Positions 57,949 through 64,000 of a DNA stretch of 64,000 bases are shown here, piece by piece. The position numbers and the translations under genes are program-made. Source of the stretch: an uncultured Clostridia bacterium (GTDB lineage Bacteria > Bacillota > Clostridia > Christensenellales > UBA1242); assembly GCA_949949035.1 (NCBI GenBank), contig CATLHJ010000002.1, forward strand, positions 53,680 to 117,679, in the 5' to 3' direction. How positions within the stretch are numbered: position 1 is the stretch's first letter; every line of letters starts with the position of its first letter. Under the pieces are notes generated by a model that saw only the letters and a program-made list of their open reading frames with translations, searched no databases and was not told the DNA's origin.

Positions 57949-59970
57949 ATGGCTAAATATGCCCAAGTTGTCATTGACGCTGTTTTGAATAATAACCAAG
58001 TTTGGGACTATGTGATTCCGTCGCAATGGTCCGTCAGTGCTGGGTCCTGTGTAACCGTGCCGTTCGGCAAACGGCAGATTGACGGTTATGTTTTGACGGT
58101 TAGTGACCAAACAACCGTGCCCGAAAACTTGTTGAAACCACTTACGGGACTTAAAGACAACGTGATGATTAAACCCGAACTGCTGGCCTTGTTGCCACAA
58201 ATTTGTGCTCATTTCAAATTGCGGTATCTTGATGTTCTTAAATTATTTATTCCCAGCGCGGTACGTACGGGGAAGCCCAAGCGCAATGGGGAACGGCGGG
58301 TTCCGGCTTATCAGCATAAACAAGACCAACCAGTAATTTTGAATCACGAACAACAACACGCTGTGGCTACGGTTTTGGCAGGTGGGGATGAGGTTTTTTT
58401 GCTGAAAGGGGTAACGGGCAGTGGTAAGACCGAAGTGTACATGCACATTATTGAACGCGTGTTAGCCGTGGGTAAAACCGCCTTGGTATTGGTACCAGAA
58501 ATCGGTTTGACGCCCCAAGTCTTGGCCAATTTTAAGGCGCGTTTTGGTGACATTGTGGCGATGTTACACAGTAAACTGTATGGCGGTGAAAAATTCGATG
58601 AATGGCTGCGGGTTAGTCAGGGAACGGCGCGCATTGTGATTGGTGCCAGATCCGCGGTTTTCGCACCGTTAGAAAATATCGGCGTGATTATTATTGACGA
58701 AGAACATGACGGCAGTTATCAAAGCGACAGCAATCCACGCTACCAAACGCACGACGTGGCGATTATGCGTGCTAAATGGCACCATTGTCCCGTGGTTCTG
58801 GGGTCTGCAACGCCGTCAATCGAAAGTTTTTACCGTGCCGAACAAGGGCAGTACCGCTTATTAGAATTGACCAAACGCGCCAACAACGTACCATTACCGA
58901 AAATCAATATTGTTGATATGGCACACGAGATTCGGTCGGGTAACGGTGGTATCTTTGGCCGTGACGTGCTGGCCGCCTTATTGGCGACCTTGAAGGCGGG
59001 GAACTCGGCCATGATCTTTTTGAACCGACGGGGTTATTCTCAAAGCGTTCGGTGTTTGCAATGCGGGTGGACGGCGAAGTGTGAAAATTGCGATGTTTCA
59101 ATGGTCTATCACCGTGATGACGAACAGTTAAAGTGTCATTACTGCGCGGCACGCTTACCATTTCCGCCACGTTGTCCGCAATGTGGCAGCACTTATATTA
59201 AACACGGAGCAATGGGCACCCAAAAGATTTGTGCCGAATTAGAAAAATTATTGTCGCAAGCCGGACTGCTGAATGTGCCAGTCTTGCGGATGGATACGGA
59301 TAATACGCAGACCAAGGGGGCGTTAGTTAAAATTTTGGACGAATTTGCCAATGCGTCGCCCGCGGTGTTGGTTGGTACGCAAATGATTGCCAAAGGGCAC
59401 CATTTTCCGCGCGTTGATTTTGTTTGTGTAGTTAATGCAGACGGTGGCTTTGTGTCCGATTATCGTGCCAGCGAACGAACTTTCGCTTTATTAACCCAAG
59501 TAGCGGGGCGGGCCGGACGCGAAATTGGTACTACGGGAAAAGTTTATATTCAAACCTACATGCCGAACCATTATGTTTATAAATTTGTGCAAGATTACGA
59601 CTATTTAGGTTTCTATCGACGGGAGATTGCCGCCCGACAGGCCACCAAGTACCCGCCATTTGCCACTATTGTGCGTGTTTTGGTGTCGGGCACCGTTGAT
59701 ACCAAAATTATTGAAGTTATCAAGGGCATGATGCAACCATTACGTGATTATGATGCCAAACACCAAGCGTTTATCTATTTGGGAGCCATGAAGTGTCCGT
59801 ACGGGCGCTTGCAAAATAAATTTCGCTACCAAATTTTGGCACGTTTGCGTCAGGAAACAGCGGTAACCACAATTGATTATCTGGACCAAATAGTGCACAA
59901 CGCGCAAGAACAACCATTGGCCCGCAGCGTAAAAATCTTTTTTGAAATAAACCCGTCCAGTCTGTCGTAA
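57949..59970 (+). CDS. priA: Primosomal protein N'
   Basis: GVTGSGKTEVY, IDEEH, LNRRG, CxxC motifs, GTQMIAKG, QVAGRAGR. Confidence 0.96.
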   Translation: MAKYAQVVIDAVLNNNQVWDYVIPSQWSVSAGSCVTVPFGKRQIDGYVLTVSDQTTVPENLLKPLTGLKDNVMIKPELLALLPQICAHFKLRYLDVLKLFIPSAVRTGKPKRNGERRVPAYQHKQDQPVILNHEQQHAVATVLAGGDEVFLLKGVTGSGKTEVYMHIIERVLAVGKTALVLVPEIGLTPQVLANFKARFGDIVAMLHSKLYGGEKFDEWLRVSQGTARIVIGARSAVFAPLENIGVIIIDEEHDGSYQSDSNPRYQTHDVAIMRAKWHHCPVVLGSATPSIESFYRAEQGQYRLLELTKRANNVPLPKINIVDMAHEIRSGNGGIFGRDVLAALLATLKAGNSAMIFLNRRGYSQSVRCLQCGWTAKCENCDVSMVYHRDDEQLKCHYCAARLPFPPRCPQCGSTYIKHGAMGTQKICAELEKLLSQAGLLNVPVLRMDTDNTQTKGALVKILDEFANASPAVLVGTQMIAKGHHFPRVDFVCVVNADGGFVSDYRASERTFALLTQVAGRAGREIGTTGKVYIQTYMPNHYVYKFVQDYDYLGFYRREIAARQATKYPPFATIVRVLVSGTVDTKIIEVIKGMMQPLRDYDAKHQAFIYLGAMKCPYGRLQNKFRYQILARLRQETAVTTIDYLDQIVHNAQEQPLARSVKIFFEINPSSLS

Positions 59971-59979
59971 GTATAGACT

Positions 59980-61230
59980 ATGGTACCGGTAGTGGTGGAT
60001 CGTTCTCAACGGCAACGTAATGCACAACGTAAAATTAAGCGCCCCAAGAAAGTCCGTGGGGTGAACGTACAGAAAATTGCGGTTACCATGCGTAAAATAA
60101 CCCCAAGATATTGTGATATTGGCTTATTGTTGGCGGTGCTGGGGTTGACGATTTTTGGCATTCTGATGATTTATTCCGCGTCGCATTATAATGCAACCAT
60201 TTATTATGATGACCCATTTTATTACACCGTTAAACAATTAATTGGTTTAATTATGGGGGTAGTCGGGTTGGTTATTATGTACTTTCTTGATTATCATAAT
60301 TGGCAAAAATTTGCTTATTTGATTTTTGGGTTAGCAGTCTTGTTGTTGGCGGCGGTTTTTATCCCCGGTATTGGTATCAGCAAACTGGGTGCTACCCGCT
60401 GGGTAGGTGTAGGGGGCTTCTCTTTACAACCTAGCGAAATTGCCAAGTTTGCTTTGGTGATTTTTGCCGCCAAAATTTTTGCCTTGCGCCCGAAAGTGAC
60501 CGGCGAGAAAACAACCATTACTCGTTTAGTGGCCCCGCGTTGGTGGCAAACGTTAGCAGTTCTGGCCGCGGGCGGGGTGCTTTGTCTGTTGATTATTCTG
60601 GAACCCAATATGTCCATTACCATGACCGTGGGGATTATCATGTTGGTGCTGTTGTTTTTGTGTGGGGTGCGCCTGAAGACCTTGGGGTTAATTTTGTTAC
60701 CGGCTTTAGCGGCGGTCGGGGTGATGCTGGTGGCCGAACCATACCGCTTAAAACGGCTCTCGGCGTTTGTTGACCCGTGGGCCAATCCTAAAGGCGAAGG
60801 TTTCCAGTTGATACAAAGTCTTTACGGCATTTCTAATGGTGGCTTCTTGGGTGTGGGCTACGGTAACAGTATGCAAAAAAATATGTTCTTACCATTTGCT
60901 GAAAGCGACTTTATCTTCGCTATTATTGCCGAAGAGTTCGGGTTAGTGGGCTGTTTGGCTCTATTCGCGGTATTTGGTTTGATTATTTATAAAATTATCC
61001 GAATCGGTTGCCAATGCCGTGATTATTTTGGTCGGTATTTGTGTTTTGGGGTTGGTACCGTTATTCTTGTGCAGTCGGCATTAAATTTTGCCGTGTCAAC
61101 GGGGTGTATTCCGCCTACGGGGTTACCGTTGCCGTTTATTTCCTTTGGTGGCACCAGCCTGTTGGTGTTTATGATGGCCATCGGCATGGTATTAAATGTG
61201 GACAAACAAAATAAAAAAATGCTATCATAA
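59980..61230 (+). CDS. ftsW: SEDS protein FtsW/SpoVE
   Basis: MIYSAS, GA.RW, QPSE.AK, DPW, ESDFIFAII.EE.G, PPTG.PLPFIS.GGTS. Confidence 0.92.
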   Translation: MVPVVVDRSQRQRNAQRKIKRPKKVRGVNVQKIAVTMRKITPRYCDIGLLLAVLGLTIFGILMIYSASHYNATIYYDDPFYYTVKQLIGLIMGVVGLVIMYFLDYHNWQKFAYLIFGLAVLLLAAVFIPGIGISKLGATRWVGVGGFSLQPSEIAKFALVIFAAKIFALRPKVTGEKTTITRLVAPRWWQTLAVLAAGGVLCLLIILEPNMSITMTVGIIMLVLLFLCGVRLKTLGLILLPALAAVGVMLVAEPYRLKRLSAFVDPWANPKGEGFQLIQSLYGISNGGFLGVGYGNSMQKNMFLPFAESDFIFAIIAEEFGLVGCLALFAVFGLIIYKIIRIGCQCRDYFGRYLCFGVGTVILVQSALNFAVSTGCIPPTGLPLPFISFGGTSLLVFMMAIGMVLNVDKQNKKMLS

Positions 61231-61234
61231 AAGT

Positions 61235-61786
61235 ATGCCTACACAAATTACGCATCTGGCCATCGCTAAACGTTATTTGGCACAACATCCGCACCAGATC
61301 AAGGACACGCAGCGTTTCCTTGATGGCAATGTGATGCCTGATTTAGTACCCGAAAAGGCGGCAGCGCATTGCGGAGTACGTACGGAGTTTAAGGACTTGG
61401 TGAAACGCAATCGGGAAAAGGTTAATCCCGAATTGTATCGTGCTACTCATGATATGAATGACGACTTTCACAAAGGTTGGTATTTGCATTTGTTGACCGA
61501 CGACCAATTTTATAATGTTTTTTTACGGGAATATTGTGCGGGCGTCAGTATCGATCAATCATCGATTGATATATTTGAAACCACACAACGCGATAAGGCC
61601 TATTTAATTGCTAAATACGGGGTTAGTTATAATGACGTCACTGATGCTCAAGCATTGATTGACATCAATGTCGCGTACGAAAAAGATCATCACCAACGTT
61701 ACGGCTACGATTACCAATTTACCATGCCATACACTTTGGCAGAATTGGACGCCTTTATCGAGCGAATAGCGCAGGCAACCATTTAA
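61235..61786 (+). CDS. Hypothetical protein, Zn-dependent phospholipase C-like fold
   Basis: MP...THL, G...PD, H, G.YLHL.TD. Confidence 0.65.
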   Translation: MPTQITHLAIAKRYLAQHPHQIKDTQRFLDGNVMPDLVPEKAAAHCGVRTEFKDLVKRNREKVNPELYRATHDMNDDFHKGWYLHLLTDDQFYNVFLREYCAGVSIDQSSIDIFETTQRDKAYLIAKYGVSYNDVTDAQALIDINVAYEKDHHQRYGYDYQFTMPYTLAELDAFIERIAQATI

Positions 61787-62226
61787 TTTTGCAATTTATC
61801 AATAAATAAAATGCCGTCCATGTGGTCCATCTCGTGACCGCAACAAACGGCGTCGCGACCGCGAAAGGTTTGGGTATGTGGTTGGCCGTTACGGTCTTGA
61901 AATTCTACCGTAACCAAGTGTGGACGACGTACGCGACCGCTGATTCCCGGACAAGACAGGCAACCTTCGCCCGCTACGCGCAGGTTTTTGGCCGCTTTGA
62001 TAATGGGGTTAATGATTTCCACAATGCCAAATTCGTCGGTTAATAAGACCGCCATGCGATAAAGTACGCCAACCTGCACCGCAGCAATGCCCACACCATT
62101 AGCGCGGAGCATGGTTTCTTGCATATCGTCTAATAGTTCGTGCACGCGTGGTGAAAAATCATCAACTGGTTTGCTGTGCTTGCGGAGCAGTGGGTTACCT
62201 TCTTTGATAATTGTTAATCTTGCCAT
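61783..62226 (-). CDS. def: Peptide deformylase
   Basis: GVGIAAVQ, EGCLS, HEMDH. Confidence 0.95.
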   Translation of the reverse strand: MARLTIIKEGNPLLRKHSKPVDDFSPRVHELLDDMQETMLRANGVGIAAVQVGVLYRMAVLLTDEFGIVEIINPIIKAAKNLRVAGEGCLSCPGISGRVRRPHLVTVEFQDRNGQPHTQTFRGRDAVCCGHEMDHMDGILFIDKLQN

Positions 62227-62356
62227 ATAAAACATTATAACACCAGATATGGTGGTGTGCAATTAAAATATTGGTATATATAGTGGTAATTATGATAATA
62301 ACAAATACTAGATATAGCCTTTGCCGACAAACGTTATTTTGTGTTATCATATAATT

Positions 62357-63271
62357 ATGAAAATTGCTTTTATGGGGTCACCACAGTTTGCCGCCAGTGT
62401 TTTGGCGGGTATTTTACCGTACCACGAAGTAGTTTGCGTGGTTACGCAACCGGACGCAGCAGTGGGACGTGGACAACAGGTACAGTTTAACCCCGTTAAA
62501 CGCTTGGCAATGGAATATGCTATCCCGGTGTTGCAACCTACAAAAATTAGTTTAGATTTGGCACCATTATTAGCGTTTAAGCCCGACATTATTGTCACCT
62601 GTGCTTTTGGACAAATTTTGCGGCAAAATGTATTGGACGCCGCGCCGTACGGTGTGATAAATGTACATGGCAGTTTATTACCACATTACCGTGGGGCGGC
62701 GCCAATTCAGTGGGCGGTGATTAACGGGGAAAAAGAAACGGGTATTACGATTGCGCAAACCGAGTTAGGGTTGGATTGTGGGGCAATTATTAACCAAATC
62801 AGCACGCCAATCGCTTCTGACGAAACCGCGGGCGATTTGTTCACTCGGTTACCTAGCCTTGCTGTGAGTGCCTTATTACAAGCGTTGTCGGCGATTGCGG
62901 ATGGTACGGCAACCTTTACGCCCCAAGACCACACCCAAGCTACTAATGCACCAATGTTAAATAAAGCTATGGCAAAAATTGATTGGCAACAAGACGCGGT
63001 AAAAATCGCTAACTTGGTTCGTGGGCTTAATCCGTGGCCAGTGGCGTATTTTACTTTGGATGGTGTCCCCGTGAAAGTTTATGCGGCGACAGTGGTTGAC
63101 GGCAAGGTTACCGCGGGAACGATAGTGCAATGCGACCCGAAACACGGACTGATTATTGGCTGTGGGCAGGGTTGTTTACGAATTGACCAATTGCAATTAG
63201 CGGGGAAAAAAATTACCACCGGGGCGGCGTTTTGCAATGGTCGCGACTTGTCCAATGCGAAAATTGATTAG
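62357..63271 (+). CDS. fmt: Methionyl-tRNA formyltransferase
   Basis: FMGSP.FA, VVTQPD, INVH.SLLP.YRGAAPIQ, PWP.A. Confidence 0.96.
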   Translation: MKIAFMGSPQFAASVLAGILPYHEVVCVVTQPDAAVGRGQQVQFNPVKRLAMEYAIPVLQPTKISLDLAPLLAFKPDIIVTCAFGQILRQNVLDAAPYGVINVHGSLLPHYRGAAPIQWAVINGEKETGITIAQTELGLDCGAIINQISTPIASDETAGDLFTRLPSLAVSALLQALSAIADGTATFTPQDHTQATNAPMLNKAMAKIDWQQDAVKIANLVRGLNPWPVAYFTLDGVPVKVYAATVVDGKVTAGTIVQCDPKHGLIIGCGQGCLRIDQLQLAGKKITTGAAFCNGRDLSNAKID

Positions 63272-63284
63272 TAGTAATAATATT

Positions 63285-63773
63285 ATGGGAAAAGTAATTT
63301 TAGTTTGTGGAAAAATTGGCTGCGGTAAATCGTATTACGCTAACTATCTTAAACAAAAAGAAAGGGCAATTATTTTGTCTTGCGACGAAGTTACCAACAT
63401 CTTATTCGATAATAATTTAGGTAGTAAGCACGATGCAATGTCGCAAAAAATCCAGCAATATTTACTTGAAAAGTCGGTGGAGTTGGTGAAAGTAGGCTGT
63501 AACGTTATTTTAGATTGGGGATTTTGGACGGTAAAGGGACGACAAGATGTGCGGAAATTTTATCGGTCACAAAACATTGCTTGTGAATGGCATTATATTG
63601 ATGTTGATGAACAAACTTGGCAGAGAAATATTAAAGAACGTAACCGACAAGTTTTGGCAGGTAAGGGCGGTTCGGCGTTTTATATTGACGCTGGATTGCT
63701 GGAAAAGATGTTGTCCCAATGGGAAGTACCTAATCACGAAGAAATCAATGTTTGGTACACGCTTAAACGTTAA
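63285..63773 (+). CDS. P-loop kinase-like ATP-binding protein (AAA_33-like)
   Basis: CGKIGCGKS, VILDWGFW...R, R...RN. Confidence 0.85.
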   Translation: MGKVILVCGKIGCGKSYYANYLKQKERAIILSCDEVTNILFDNNLGSKHDAMSQKIQQYLLEKSVELVKVGCNVILDWGFWTVKGRQDVRKFYRSQNIACEWHYIDVDEQTWQRNIKERNRQVLAGKGGSAFYIDAGLLEKMLSQWEVPNHEEINVWYTLKR

Positions 63774-63811
63774 GTCTTGTGAAAGATATGGACACAAATA
63801 ACACGTAGTAT

Positions 63812-64000
63812 TCAGCGACTACGGTGGGCGGTGATAATGGTGTAACTGGTCGCGTTGACTGTAATCATAATATTACCGATTGCGCAGTACCAATTTTTGC
63901 CTTGGCGTGAAATTTGGCATTGCGGGGTCGCTATTCGGGTGCGACAAAATTCGACTACTTGGTCGGTGTTTAGGTTAAGGTTTCTTTTGATTCTCGCAAC
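63812..64000 (-). CDS. DUF3781-family protein, 5'-truncated by the window edge (absent from the ORF track)
   Basis: Own translation: ...RIKRNLNL...RQGKNWY...ITVNATSYTIITAH. Confidence 0.8.
   Translation of the reverse strand, partial: VARIKRNLNLNTDQVVEFCRTRIATPQCQISRQGKNWYCAIGNIMITVNATSYTIITAHRSR

Noticed and set aside
1-64000. CRISPR array, cas genes, reverse transcriptase/DGR, rRNA, IS transposase
   Set aside because: No regularly spaced repeats, RT motifs, template/variable repeat pair, rRNA-like sequence or transposase was recognised by eye.

Overview
Chromosomal window of a spore-forming Firmicute, probably a Clostridia-like and streamlined lineage, using the standard genetic code. Housekeeping blocks are recD2-pheS-pheT, rimP-nusA-ylxR, glmS, recX-acpS-dnaG-sigA, rpoZ-priA-ftsW/spoVE and def/fmt. 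The window also holds tmRNA, three tRNAs, spore cell-wall enzymes and many orphan genes. The main accessory element is an ~11.1 kb island, mostly AT-rich, integrated at the 3' end of tmRNA (core TCCACCACAG at 16879-16888 and 28007-28016). It appears to carry two DNA switches. (i) The large serine integrase ORF crosses the attachment site, so it has one C-terminus when integrated and another when excised. (ii) A tyrosine recombinase lies next to a 111-bp segment bounded by perfect 23-bp inverted repeats. That segment holds a sigmaA promoter currently pointing away from an adenine methyltransferase + DUF262-HNH nuclease pair, i.e. a predicted invertible ON/OFF switch for a restriction-modification system. 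The island also encodes an HNH nuclease and a GHKL-ATPase/histidine kinase + receiver + C5 methyltransferase module. Outside the island, about 16 genes have sigmaA promoters positioned for leaderless mRNAs, one promoter has a G15 spacer, and there is a tRNA-Ile 3' duplicate with a 45-bp insert in the T-loop. All calls come from reading the sequence and motifs by eye; no searches were run.
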